From Candidatus Latescibacterota bacterium (lineage in GTDB: Bacteria > Latescibacterota > UBA2968 > UBA8231): a DNA stretch of 64,000 nt. The position numbers were made by a program, and so were the translations under genes. Of the stretch, positions 48,234 to 58,113 are shown one piece after another (positions within the stretch are counted from its first letter, which is position 1; each line of letters starts with the position of its first letter). The stretch is taken from contig OZ242318.1 in assembly GCA_965208105.1 (NCBI GenBank), positions 3,168,001 through 3,232,000 on the forward strand, in the 5' to 3' direction. The notes beneath the pieces were generated by a model, which worked only from the letters and a program-made list of their open reading frames with translations, did not search any database and was not told the DNA's origin.

Positions 48234-49514
48234 ATGGCGCGGACTATACGGCCAGCGCGCAGAATCGCCGGCGAGGTGGTGGTGCCGGGGGAGGTGGAGC
48301 CGGCGGCGCAGGCGCTGGTGCTGGCGGCGGCAGCCGAGGGCAAGAGCCAGGTCCGCAATGCTCCGCCGGGCGTCGCTCCAGTCGTGAGAGTTCTGCGCCA
48401 GCTTGGCGTCGGGATAGAACAGCGCGGGGACGTGCTGGAAATTCATGGAGAAGGGCTGCAGGGATTCGGCTTCTCCGATCAGTTGCTGGAGCTGGATGAT
48501 TGGGGAGATGCGGCCCTGTTGCTCGTGGCTCTGCTGGCAGTTCAGGGTTCTTCATCCCGGGTCAGGCTGAAGCACAGGTGGGAGAGCTGCCGCGAGTTGC
48601 TCGAACTGCTGCGCCCCATGGGTGCAATGGGCGCCTCTGAAGGTGGGGGAGTCTTTGTCGTGGGCGGCGCCGGGGAACTGGTGGGGATCAGGTGCGGGGC
48701 TGTGGATCCGGATCCTGCCCTCAAGCTTGGGGTCCTGGTCGCCGGTCTTCGCGCCCGGGGGGTTACGACTCTGCCGGAGTCCCGGAAGAATCGCGATCCG
48801 GCCCTTCCCCTGCTGAGCGCACGCAAGGTCGCAGTAGGCCGGCAAAGGGAGAGCGGGACGGGGATGTACCTGCTGTCCGTCGAGGGGGACCAGGCTATCC
48901 AGCCCCTTTCGGTGCAGTTTGGCGGCGATCTGGATCTGACATATCCACTGCTTGCTGCAGCCCTGGTGCTGAAAGATTCGCAGTTGAAGGTCCGGCGGGT
49001 GGCTCTGCGTGCCCACAAGCGGGCCTTTCTGGACCTTCTGCGCCAGCTCGGGGGGCAACTGGAGCTGCAGGAGAATGGAGACGGCACGGCGAACCTGCTC
49101 GCACGCTACGGGGAATTGAAATCGACCCGGGTGGCTGCCGGGCGCATGGAAAAAGTTTCGGATCAGGTGGCGCTTCTGGCCGTTCTGGCGACCCAGTCCA
49201 GGGGAGAATTCGTCATCCGGGATATCGAAGCCCTACGCAAGGGAGACTACGACCAAGTGGCTTACCTGGCGGACCTGTTGCGGCAGATCAATGCCAGGGT
49301 CGGAGAGTTCTCCGAAGGTCTCGTAATCAAGGGAGGGGCTCCGCTGCGGGGGGTCAAGGTCGACTGCCGGGAAGACCCGGGGTTGGCACAGGCTTTCACA
49401 GTGGCGGGTTTACTCGCCGAAAACGAGATGGTCCTCGAAGGAACGAATTGCATGGAAGAAATCCATCCCGGGTTCTTCGACGTGATCGACTCGCTGAAGG
49501 AGGAGCGACGGTGA
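48234..49514 (+). CDS. aroA: EPSP synthase (AroA) homologue with a degenerate active site
   Basis: Full length and fold-level similarity ('GEVVVPG', 'LRQLGV.I', 'I.GEGL', 'DGTANL', 'F.VAGL.A', 'HPGFF..I'), but the catalytic motifs are replaced. Confidence 0.75.
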   Translation: MARTIRPARRIAGEVVVPGEVEPAAQALVLAAAAEGKSQVRNAPPGVAPVVRVLRQLGVGIEQRGDVLEIHGEGLQGFGFSDQLLELDDWGDAALLLVALLAVQGSSSRVRLKHRWESCRELLELLRPMGAMGASEGGGVFVVGGAGELVGIRCGAVDPDPALKLGVLVAGLRARGVTTLPESRKNRDPALPLLSARKVAVGRQRESGTGMYLLSVEGDQAIQPLSVQFGGDLDLTYPLLAAALVLKDSQLKVRRVALRAHKRAFLDLLRQLGGQLELQENGDGTANLLARYGELKSTRVAAGRMEKVSDQVALLAVLATQSRGEFVIRDIEALRKGDYDQVAYLADLLRQINARVGEFSEGLVIKGGAPLRGVKVDCREDPGLAQAFTVAGLLAENEMVLEGTNCMEEIHPGFFDVIDSLKEERR

Positions 49515-49651
49515 GAGGGTTTTTCAGACTGCTGCTCATCCTCGTCGGGCTGTTCTGCGCGGTCCTGGTGCTGGTCCGCCAACTCTACGACCTTTCCTGG
49601 CGCGAGAGCCTGGAGGTTGTCGACCAGTTCATCGAGGATTTGCTCAGTTGA
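49511..49651 (+). CDS. small membrane protein (46 aa)
   Basis: GTG start overlapping the aroA stop with an AGGAG SD; single TM helix; stop overlaps the aroE start. Confidence 0.65.
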   Translation: MRGFFRLLLILVGLFCAVLVLVRQLYDLSWRESLEVVDQFIEDLLS

Positions 49652-50514
49652 TTTCAGGCAGGACCCAGGTTCTCGGTGTCATTGGACACCCGGTGGAGCA
49701 TACTTTCTCCCCTGCCATGCACAATGCGGCGCTCAAGGCCCTGGCAGTGGATTCCGTGTATCTGGCTTTCCACGTGCTTCCCGAATTCCTCGGGGAAGCC
49801 ATGGCCGGGATGCGCGCCCTGCAAGTCAGGGGCCTGAATGTGACCGTGCCGCACAAGCAGGGCGCGATGGAGTGGCTCGACGAAATCTCGCCGGAGGCGC
49901 GCGCCATCGGCGCGGTAAACACGATCGACAACCGCGATGGCCGCCTCAAGGGCTACAATACCGACGCCTTCGGGGTCATGGAAAGTCTGAGGCGGCAGGC
50001 GGGCCTGGAAGAGCTGCCTCCGCTGGTCGTGCTGCTGGGAGCGGGGGGAGCGGCGCGGGCAATTTTATACGGCCTGCTGCGGCAGAAGGAGGTGGAGGAG
50101 GTCCTGGTGCTCAACCGCACGGTTGAAAAGGCGGAAGGATTGGCCTGCGATCTGGACCCGGGAGGCCGGAGAGTCCGGATAGGGTCGCTGGAGCGAGGCC
50201 GGCAGGCGCGCGTTCGGGATGCGGGACTGCTGATCAACTCGACATCGGTGGGAATGCATCCGCACGAAGGTGTCCCGCCTCTGGTGGGTCGTGGATCTAT
50301 GCACCCCGGGATGGTGGTGCTGGATATCGTCTACAATCCATTGCGCACCCGGTTGATGGAAGAGGCGGAGGCAGCGCGGGGGAGGGCGCTGAACGGCCTG
50401 GGGATGCTGGTGTATCAAGGGGCTCGCTCATTCGAGATCTGGACGGGAAAGAAGCCGCCCGTCGAGGTGATGATGGAGGTGGCTCAACAGGTCTTTGGAC
50501 GGCCGCCAGTGTAG
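49648..50514 (+). CDS. aroE: shikimate dehydrogenase
   Basis: 'GHPVEHTFSPAMHN', 'NVTVPHK', 'IGAVNT', 'GYNTD', 'GAGGAARA', 'DIVYNP', 'GLGMLVYQG'. Confidence 0.96.
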   Translation: MISGRTQVLGVIGHPVEHTFSPAMHNAALKALAVDSVYLAFHVLPEFLGEAMAGMRALQVRGLNVTVPHKQGAMEWLDEISPEARAIGAVNTIDNRDGRLKGYNTDAFGVMESLRRQAGLEELPPLVVLLGAGGAARAILYGLLRQKEVEEVLVLNRTVEKAEGLACDLDPGGRRVRIGSLERGRQARVRDAGLLINSTSVGMHPHEGVPPLVGRGSMHPGMVVLDIVYNPLRTRLMEEAEAARGRALNGLGMLVYQGARSFEIWTGKKPPVEVMMEVAQQVFGRPPV

Positions 50515-50591
50515 AAATTGAAGAAGGAATTGGATGAGGGCCCGGCCACTCTGCCGATCGCGCGGCAGGCTGCGTCGGGTTTCCGGATGAG

Positions 50592-52292
50592 ATGAATCTG
50601 TTTGTGGATGAAATCGTAGGCAGAATCGTTAAAGCCTCTGGACTGGGCGATGAGCAGGTGCGCAGCTCCCTGAGCGTTCCTCCGAGGGAGGATATGGGAG
50701 ACTATGCCCTGGTTTGTTTTGCGCTGGCCAAGCAGTTGCGGGCGAATCCGGCGAAAATTGCCTCGGACCTGGCAGCCAAGGTTGAGCCCGGGGATGGAAT
50801 TGAGAGGGTCGAGGCGGTCGGCCCCTATCTGAACTTCATCCTGGAACGGGGCCCTTTCATTTCCCATACCTTGAGGAAGGTCCTCGAACATGGGGAAGCT
50901 TATGGGAGCAGCGGGCAGGGGAGGGGAAAAACCCTGGTCATTGACTTTTCCTCCCCCAATCTGGCCAAGCAGTTCAGCATCGCCCATCTGCGTTCCACGG
51001 CCATTGGCCATTCCATTTACAAGCTACATGCTTTTCTGGGTTGGAATTGCGTGGGGATCAATCACCTGGGTGACTGGGGAGGAAACTTCGGCCAGTTGTT
51101 GGCCGCTTACCGGAGATGGGCGGATCCGGAGGAGGTGAAGGCCAATCCGCTTGCCCAGTTTCTGGCCCTCTACACCCGCTTCAACGAGGAGTTGGAGAAG
51201 AAACCGGGACTGCAGGAAGAGGCCAGGCAGTGCGTGCGCGAGCTCGAAGCGGGCAACGCGGAGGTGCAGGCCACTTGGCGCTTCTTCGTGGAGGAAAGCC
51301 TCAGAGAAGCGGAGCGCATCTATGAAATTCTCGGAGTGCGCTTCGATGCAACCCTGGGAGAAAGCTTCTTTGCCGAGAGGATCGACGATGTCATCGGCCA
51401 GTTCGAGGCTGCGGGACTGGCCAGGGAGAGCGAGGGGGCGCTTATCGTCGACCTGCAGGAATGGGACATGCCGCCGTGCATCTTGCGCACCAGCAGAGGG
51501 ACGAGTACCTACCACAGCCGCGACCTGGCTGCCTTGTTCTACAGGCAGGAAAGGTACAGCTTCGACAAGATGGTCTACGTGACCGATGTCAGGCAGAATC
51601 TTCATTTCCGCCAGCTGTTCAAGGCAGTCGAGTTGCTGGGCAAGGATTGGATCGACCGCTGCGAGCACGCCCCTTTCGGGATGATGAGTTTCAAGGGGGA
51701 GAAAATGTCCACCCGCAAGGGCAACATGGTTTTTCTGGAGGATGTCCTCAACGAGGCGGTTGAGCTTGTGGGAAGGACGATCGAGGAGAAAAACCCGGGT
51801 CTGAGCGAAAGGGCCGGAGTAGCTCAACAGGTGGGCGTCGGCGCGTTGGTTTTCGCTGATTTGGATTCGCGCAGGACCCGGGACGTGGTCTTCGACTGGA
51901 ATGACGTGCTCAATTTCGATGGAGAGACCGGCCCCTATCTCCAGTACACCCATGCGCGCTTCTGCAGTATTCTGCGCAAATTCGGCAGAGACCCGGACCC
52001 GGCGGCCGACCTCGGGGTTTTGGGAGAGGAAGCAGAGATGCGGGTGGCGCGGAAGCTGGCGCAGTTTCCCGGCTGCCTGGAATTGGCATGCGGGGGAAAC
52101 GAGCCTTCGCTGCTATCGACCTATCTGCTCGAATTGGCAGCGATCGCCAACAAGTTCTACAATGAGTTGCCCGTTTTGAGCGGGGAAGACTCCGCCCTGG
52201 TCGAGGCGCGCGTCTTGCTGGTCGGATGCGTGAGCCAGGTGTTGCGAACCGGGCTTTCCCTGCTGGGCATGCAGGCGCCGGTTGAAATGTAA
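50592..52292 (+). CDS. argS: arginyl-tRNA synthetase
   Basis: 'IDFSSPNLAK', 'HLRST.IG', 'NHLGDWG', 'KMSTRKG', 'GETGPYLQYTHAR'. Confidence 0.96.
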   Translation: MNLFVDEIVGRIVKASGLGDEQVRSSLSVPPREDMGDYALVCFALAKQLRANPAKIASDLAAKVEPGDGIERVEAVGPYLNFILERGPFISHTLRKVLEHGEAYGSSGQGRGKTLVIDFSSPNLAKQFSIAHLRSTAIGHSIYKLHAFLGWNCVGINHLGDWGGNFGQLLAAYRRWADPEEVKANPLAQFLALYTRFNEELEKKPGLQEEARQCVRELEAGNAEVQATWRFFVEESLREAERIYEILGVRFDATLGESFFAERIDDVIGQFEAAGLARESEGALIVDLQEWDMPPCILRTSRGTSTYHSRDLAALFYRQERYSFDKMVYVTDVRQNLHFRQLFKAVELLGKDWIDRCEHAPFGMMSFKGEKMSTRKGNMVFLEDVLNEAVELVGRTIEEKNPGLSERAGVAQQVGVGALVFADLDSRRTRDVVFDWNDVLNFDGETGPYLQYTHARFCSILRKFGRDPDPAADLGVLGEEAEMRVARKLAQFPGCLELACGGNEPSLLSTYLLELAAIANKFYNELPVLSGEDSALVEARVLLVGCVSQVLRTGLSLLGMQAPVEM

Positions 52293-52311
52293 CATGGGGG
52301 TGAAGGGCGGC

Positions 52312-52863
52312 ATGGTGGTAAAAGGGCCCATCTTTTTGACTGGATTCATGGGGACGGGGAAGAGCCGCGTCGGGAGGACGCTGGCGGCACATCTGGGGTG
52401 GGATTTCATAGACACTGATCGAATGATAGAAGCGCGCACGGGCAGAACCATAGCGGAAATCTTCGACGCCTCGGGAGAGGCGGAGTTCCGCCAGGTGGAA
52501 CACGAGTGCGTGGCATTGGCGGCAGGGCGCAGCGACGCCGTGATCGCCCTGGGTGGAGGAGCCTTGACCGAGGAACGCAACTGGCATCTCATCCGCAAGG
52601 CGGGAGTGGTGGTGGCCTTGAAGGCGGATGTCGAGACCATTCTCGAACGGGTCGGCCGGCGCGATGACCGGCCTCTCCTCGCCGGATTGAATCAGGAGGA
52701 GAAGCGCGCCAGGGTCCGGGACATGCTGGCGGACCGGGCGCGGTTCTATGACCGCGCCGACCTCGAGGTCTGGACCGACAACGAGCAGGCCCCCGAGGCG
52801 ACTGCGGAGGAAATTATCGAACTGGCGGAGCAGTGGTGTGCATTGCATAGACGTAGGACTTGA
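52312..52863 (+). CDS. aroK: shikimate kinase
   Basis: 'GFMGTGKS', 'FIDTD', 'GEAEFR..E', 'GGG', 'RPLL'. Confidence 0.96.
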   Translation: MVVKGPIFLTGFMGTGKSRVGRTLAAHLGWDFIDTDRMIEARTGRTIAEIFDASGEAEFRQVEHECVALAAGRSDAVIALGGGALTEERNWHLIRKAGVVVALKADVETILERVGRRDDRPLLAGLNQEEKRARVRDMLADRARFYDRADLEVWTDNEQAPEATAEEIIELAEQWCALHRRRT

Positions 52864-53941
52864 GGAACGAGGGTATTCCGTCCGCGTCGGGTCCGGGATC
52901 CTGCCACGGCTGGGCAGGCATTGCAGGGAGCTCGACCTGGGATCTCGCGTGGCCGTGATCAGCGACGAAGCGGTAGCCGAATGCTATTTGCGACCGGTCG
53001 TCTCAAGCCTCGAGGAGACCGGCTACAAGGTGCTGGATGTGGTGTTTTCGGGAGGGGAGACGGCAAAGAGCCTGGAGGCCGCCGATTCACAGGTATTCGC
53101 TCCAATGATTGACGCCGAACTCGACCGCGGTGCATGGGTATTGGCTCTGGGCGGCGGAGTGGTGGGGGACCTGGCGGGGTTCGTGGCGGCGACCTTTCTG
53201 CGCGGCATTGAATATGTCCAGGTCCCGACATCGATCGTGGCACAGGTGGATGCCAGCATCGGGGGCAAGACCGCGGTGAATCATCGCCTGGGAAAGAACC
53301 TCATCGGCGCTTTTCACCAGCCGCGATTGGTTTACATTGACACCCAGGTACTTAAAACCCTGCCGCAGCGCGAAGTGGTTGCCGGCCTGGCAGAGGTTGT
53401 CAAGCACGGAATGATTCGCGACGAGGAACTCTTTGCATTCATGGAGGAGCATCTGGACGAAGCCCTGGCCATGGAGCTCCGGCCGGAAATGCTGGACTGG
53501 TTGATTGCCCGGAATGTGGAGATCAAGGTGGGAGTCGTCGAGGCGGATGAGAAGGAGGGCGGATTGCGGGCGATTCTCAACTATGGCCACACAATCGGCC
53601 AGGCCATCGAAGCAGCCACGGAATATAAGCGCTACCGGCACGGGGAAGCGGTGATCCTCGGCATGATCGGGGCAGGCGAGATCGCGCTGAGGAAGGGGTT
53701 GTGGCCGGGGGCTGAGCGGCGTCGGCAGGATGCTTTGCTGGAACGCATGGGAGTGCCAGGGGGATTGGCCGGTGTGTCCACCGACCGAATTCTGGCGCGT
53801 ACGAGGGCGGATAAAAAGCGCCTGGATGGCAGGTCGAGGTTTGTGCTTGCCCGTCGGATAGGCGAGGTGGAGATCGTGGATGGGGTGGAAGAGGAGGTGG
53901 TGAGAGCAGGGGTAGAGTACGTAAAGCGCAACTACGGGTAA
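52838..53941 (+). CDS. aroB: 3-dehydroquinate synthase
   Basis: 'GE.AKS', 'GGGVVGDLAGF', 'VDASIGGKTAVN', 'GKNLIGAF.QP', 'LNYGHT', 'HGEAV'. Confidence 0.96.
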   Translation: MHCIDVGLEERGYSVRVGSGILPRLGRHCRELDLGSRVAVISDEAVAECYLRPVVSSLEETGYKVLDVVFSGGETAKSLEAADSQVFAPMIDAELDRGAWVLALGGGVVGDLAGFVAATFLRGIEYVQVPTSIVAQVDASIGGKTAVNHRLGKNLIGAFHQPRLVYIDTQVLKTLPQREVVAGLAEVVKHGMIRDEELFAFMEEHLDEALAMELRPEMLDWLIARNVEIKVGVVEADEKEGGLRAILNYGHTIGQAIEAATEYKRYRHGEAVILGMIGAGEIALRKGLWPGAERRRQDALLERMGVPGGLAGVSTDRILARTRADKKRLDGRSRFVLARRIGEVEIVDGVEEEVVRAGVEYVKRNYG

Positions 53942-54025
53942 GCAGCTGGAGACTGGAAGGGAATCTTCGGCCGAGCAGAAGGGGACTGGCCGGCCTTTCG
54001 GCGCTTGGGCGCAGGAACTTGGAAG

Positions 54026-55351
54026 ATGTCAAGAATGGATTCCAAAAAGGTACATTTGATCAGCCTCGGTTGTCCGAAAAACATGGTGGATTCCGAGAGG
54101 ATGCTGGGGCTTTTGCGGGGCAATGCGTACGAGATCGTTGCCGATCCAGGAGAGGCGGAGGTGGTGGTGGTGAATACCTGTGGCTTCATCGGACCGGCCA
54201 AGGAGGAGTCGATCGAGGCGGTCATGGCGGCGCATCAGCTCAAGGAAGAAGGACGGTGCGAAGGCGTAATCGTGACCGGCTGCCTGGCCGAGCGCTACGA
54301 AAAGGAACTGAAGAGCGAACTGGTTGAAGCCGACCAGATTCTCACTATCGAGGAGGAAAGCGGAATTGTCGGCCATGTGGACCGCCTTCTGGGCAATTCC
54401 CGCCAGCGCTATATCGAGAGTGCTCCAAGGGTCCCACTGACTCCGCGCCACTGGGCCTATTTGCGCATTTCCGACGGCTGCGATCACCAGTGCGCCTTTT
54501 GCGCAATCCCCTTGATCAAAGGTCCACACCGCAGCGAGCCCGTGGAAAAGCTCGTAGAAGAGGCGCGAAACCTGGCAGGGTCCGGCGTGCGCGAGCTGGT
54601 GCTGGTGTCGCAGGATTCGGTGCGCTATGGGGCGGACCTCTATGGCCGTTCCAGGCTGGTAGCGCTGATGCAGGAACTTTCCGAAATCGATGGAATCGAG
54701 TGGATCCGCCTGATGTATACCTATCCCGCTTTCTGGACCGAGGAGATGATCGACATCTATGCCTCGAACGAAAAGATATGCGCCTACGTGGACATGCCTC
54801 TACAGCACATCTCCGACCCGGTGCTGCGGCGAATGAAGCGGGCGACCACAAAGAGGAAGACCCTGCATCTCCTCGAACGCCTGCGTTCGCGCCTCCCCGC
54901 GGTCGGGCTGCGTTCATCCTTCATCATGGGGTTCCCGGGCGAGACCGAGGAGCAGTTCGAGGAGTTGCTGGAGTTTGTCGAGGCAACCCGCTTTGATTAC
55001 GTCACCGGCTTCCTCTACTCACCCGAGGAAGGAACCTCCGCTTCGGAGTTGGATGGGGAAGTCCCCGAGGAGGTCAAAGAGGAGCGCTACCGCCGGCTCA
55101 CACAACTGCACGAGGAGATTTCAGCACAGATTAACGCCGAGTTGATCGGTACGAGGCAGGTTGTCCTGGTGGACGAGAACGACGAAGACGAGGGAGTCAG
55201 CTACGGCCGGATGGAACGGGACGCTCCCGAAATCGACGGACAGGTCGTGATTGCAGGTGGAAAGGCCGAGGCTGGAAAGTTCGTGGAAGTTGAGATTACC
55301 GAGGCCCATCCCTACGAGGTCAGCGCCCGCGCCGTGGGCATGCCCCATTGA
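54026..55351 (+). CDS. rimO: ribosomal protein S12 methylthiotransferase
   Basis: 'SLGCPKN.VDSE', 'NTCGFI..AKEESI', CxxxCxxC (CDHQCAFC), 'RLMYTYP', TRAM 'DAPEIDG'. Confidence 0.95.
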   Translation: MSRMDSKKVHLISLGCPKNMVDSERMLGLLRGNAYEIVADPGEAEVVVVNTCGFIGPAKEESIEAVMAAHQLKEEGRCEGVIVTGCLAERYEKELKSELVEADQILTIEEESGIVGHVDRLLGNSRQRYIESAPRVPLTPRHWAYLRISDGCDHQCAFCAIPLIKGPHRSEPVEKLVEEARNLAGSGVRELVLVSQDSVRYGADLYGRSRLVALMQELSEIDGIEWIRLMYTYPAFWTEEMIDIYASNEKICAYVDMPLQHISDPVLRRMKRATTKRKTLHLLERLRSRLPAVGLRSSFIMGFPGETEEQFEELLEFVEATRFDYVTGFLYSPEEGTSASELDGEVPEEVKEERYRRLTQLHEEISAQINAELIGTRQVVLVDENDEDEGVSYGRMERDAPEIDGQVVIAGGKAEAGKFVEVEITEAHPYEVSARAVGMPH

Positions 55352-55360
55352 GATTCCGGC

Positions 55361-55720
55361 ATGGAGCGGAAAAGGAAACGAGTCGCCAGTGTTGAGTTGA
55401 GGGAGAAAGAAGGACGGCTGGTCATCCATTGGCAGGACGGCCACGAGAGCCGGTTTGCCCTCGAGCAACTGCGCAGGGACTGTCCTTGCGCCGTGTGCAG
55501 GGAGGCGCGATCGGAAATCGGGTTGCAGCAATCCCGGGATGAGGGCCTGAACCTGATCGACGGAGTCGCCTCTACAGCTACCGCCACGGCGCGGAAGTAC
55601 GACTATGTGGGGCGCTATGGCCTGCGCATCACCTGGGCGGATGGCCACGATACGGGGATCTACACTTTCGAAGCACTGCGGAAGCTGGACGAGCTTCAGG
55701 GGTCATGCCAGGACGAGTGA
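55361..55720 (+). CDS. DUF971 (gamma-butyrobetaine hydroxylase N-terminal-like) protein
   Basis: 'IHWQDGH.S......LRRDCPCAVC', 'VGRYGL.I.W.DGHDTGIY.F..LR'. Confidence 0.9.
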   Translation: MERKRKRVASVELREKEGRLVIHWQDGHESRFALEQLRRDCPCAVCREARSEIGLQQSRDEGLNLIDGVASTATATARKYDYVGRYGLRITWADGHDTGIYTFEALRKLDELQGSCQDE

Positions 55721-55803
55721 GCAACCAGGTGGACCGACCTGTCATCCGGCGCCGGAGGCGAGCCGGCCGCTTCTACGGCCTCGTTCGTAGGCTTGAATAC
55801 GCA

Positions 55804-57900
55804 CTAGGAAGTTGCGGCATCCTCCGCCGCAGAAATGTCGCGAGGGGCGCGGGCAATCCACAGTTCCATCAGGAGCACGGCCAGTGCAAGTGCGAGGAAC
55901 TCGCGCCAGAGCTCTCGGCCGTAACGGTTGCCGAGGACCTTGGCGGCCAGCTCTTCCCGGGTATGGATGAACCGGGTTCGGTGCGGTCCGAAGATCTCGT
56001 CCAGACGCGGTTGGCCGACCGGCGCAAGCGCTGATTCCCGGATATCGACGTTTACCGGGAAGCTGTCGACCTGCTTTCCCCCCGCCCAAAGGCGCCACAA
56101 GCCCGACTCACCAACCTGCGGAATCTTCCAGTGGTAGCGTCCTTTGACTAGTTCAGGCTCGATAAATACGCGCCTGCCCGAGGGGGTTTCTGCCTGCACG
56201 GCAGATTCGAACGCGATGCCCTCCAGCTGGCGGTAAACGGATTGGCCCACTGTATAGGAATTGCGGTGATCCGGAGAGAGGCTGAGGTAGCGGACGAGGC
56301 GGTGGAGGAGGGGGACGAAGATTCCCTTCAATGGAAGATCGTTCCATTGAAGGGAGAGTGGTGCGGCGAACAGGATCGTGCGCCCGAGTTCCTTCCAGCC
56401 CTGGGCAAGTGCCAGGTGGCCATCCTCGAAGTATGCAAAGGGCTGCAGACTGCTGGTCGGGGCCAAATCGAAGGATTCGTAGAAGCGCGGTTGATCCTGG
56501 GCCACGTCCGTCAACAGGTCATGAAAGACGGAGTGATGCGGTCTGTCCCTGTCGATAAGCTGGAAGCTCGTCTCGTCTTCACTGTCGCCTGTGATCCCCT
56601 TGAAATAGGCCGGCAGCAGACCGGGCAACAGGTCCCTGTTGAAGAAATTCAGATCGGCCTGGGTGGAGGGGAACACTACAAGGCCGCCTCCCGCGGCCAC
56701 AAAGTTGTGGAGGGACCGGGTCTGGTCGGCGTTGAGTCGCTCCAGATTGCACAGCAGGAGGACGTGGACGCCTTCCAGCGATTTTTCGTTCAGATCAGCG
56801 AAGAGAGCGCTTTCTATCTCGAGAACGGGATCCACGAGGGCAACCGAATTGAGGGCCTGGCGTGGATAGTAGGTGTCGGCAGGTTTGCCGCCGAGTAGGA
56901 GAACCCGGATCACGGACGGTATTTCCAGGGCGAAGAAGCGCCTGTTGTCCAGCCTGAGCTCGTCATCCTCGGCTTCGACGTGGGCGGTCAGGCGGCCTTC
57001 TCGCGGAGGCGTAATGATGAACTCGACCTCCGCCTCTTCTCCGGAGTCCAAATTCACTTCACCGTGGCGCACCCGCTCGTCGGCAAGGTAGAGGTCGAGA
57101 GCAACGCCGGCGGCCGGCCGCTTTGCCCCGTTGGTCAGGCCGACCTGAACGGCGAGCTTTTTACCCGGTGCCGGCATCCAGCTGAGGACGCGGACGGCGT
57201 CGACGTGGATGTTGTCTCGTGCTTCCTCCTCCGGGGCAATGAAGTAAATGGGAACCTCGGGAAGCCATTGCCCCCGATCTTCCACTTCTGACCAGGCGTA
57301 CGCTGCCAGGTCGGTGAAGAGAAAGACTTCGCGGTTCATGGCCTCCCTGCCTGCGAGCTGTTGCTCGGCGGCGTGAAGGGCAGCGGCTATATTGGTGGAT
57401 CCCTCCCCCGGGACCAATCCACGCACCCGCTCCTTGAGGTGCTGAAGATCGACGATATCCTCAAGGGGAGTTGCCTCGATGGCAAAAGGGATGAACACAA
57501 TTTCGTCTCGAGGATCGAACAGGTCCAACAAGGCAAGCGCCTGGTGTTGCAGTTGGTCGAATATGCGTCCCCCGGGCAGGTTGTAGCGGGTGCTGTAGGA
57601 ATGGTCCAGGAGCACCACGGCCGCAGTGGGCGGCGAACTGCCCAACCAGCCGTCGTTTCCGCTTTGGTAGACGGGTCGCGCAAAGGCACACACGATCAGA
57701 AGGATGGCGAGTGTGCGCAGAAAGAGGACCAGCCATTGACGCATGCGCATGCGGCGCATGCGGCTCTGATGCAGCCGCCTGAGAAAAGCGAGGTTGCTGA
57801 ATGGCCGAGGAGGAGTGCGGCCGCGATTGAGGAGGTGAATGGCGAGGGGAATGGCCGCGGCTACCAAGCCCACAAGGAGGGCGGGATTGAGAAATTGCAA
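55804..57900 (-). CDS. BatA + vWA domain membrane protein
   Basis: 'FLNP..L.GL....IPLAIHL', 'FS.L.FL', 'AFARP', MIDAS 'DHSYS', 'FTD', C-terminal TM 'ELWR..L...L..LL.E'. Confidence 0.88.
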   Translation of the reverse strand: MQFLNPALLVGLVAAAIPLAIHLLNRGRTPPRPFSNLAFLRRLHQSRMRRMRMRQWLVLFLRTLAILLIVCAFARPVYQSGNDGWLGSSPPTAAVVLLDHSYSTRYNLPGGRIFDQLQHQALALLDLFDPRDEIVFIPFAIEATPLEDIVDLQHLKERVRGLVPGEGSTNIAAALHAAEQQLAGREAMNREVFLFTDLAAYAWSEVEDRGQWLPEVPIYFIAPEEEARDNIHVDAVRVLSWMPAPGKKLAVQVGLTNGAKRPAAGVALDLYLADERVRHGEVNLDSGEEAEVEFIITPPREGRLTAHVEAEDDELRLDNRRFFALEIPSVIRVLLLGGKPADTYYPRQALNSVALVDPVLEIESALFADLNEKSLEGVHVLLLCNLERLNADQTRSLHNFVAAGGGLVVFPSTQADLNFFNRDLLPGLLPAYFKGITGDSEDETSFQLIDRDRPHHSVFHDLLTDVAQDQPRFYESFDLAPTSSLQPFAYFEDGHLALAQGWKELGRTILFAAPLSLQWNDLPLKGIFVPLLHRLVRYLSLSPDHRNSYTVGQSVYRQLEGIAFESAVQAETPSGRRVFIEPELVKGRYHWKIPQVGESGLWRLWAGGKQVDSFPVNVDIRESALAPVGQPRLDEIFGPHRTRFIHTREELAAKVLGNRYGRELWREFLALALAVLLMELWIARAPRDISAAEDAATS

Positions 57901-57945
57901 GGTCCAGACGAGGCTTTTTGGGGTTCGTACGAGGATCCCGGGGCA

Positions 57946-58113
57946 CTAGTTTACCCCCGCAGAAATATGTCGCCATTTTTCCGCCGATCCATCCCGGCTC
58001 ACGGCGTTGCCTTCACTCGCCGTACACCACTGGTACGACTCGCTCAGGCGCCTTGTGAGCCGGGCGCCTCGGCGGCCCAATTGCGTCAACCTATCTCTGC
58101 GACGGGGCACTAG
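57946..58113. repeat. ~168-bp MITE-like repeat, copy 2
   Basis: Near-identical to 43152-43317; CTAG at both ends. Confidence 0.9.
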
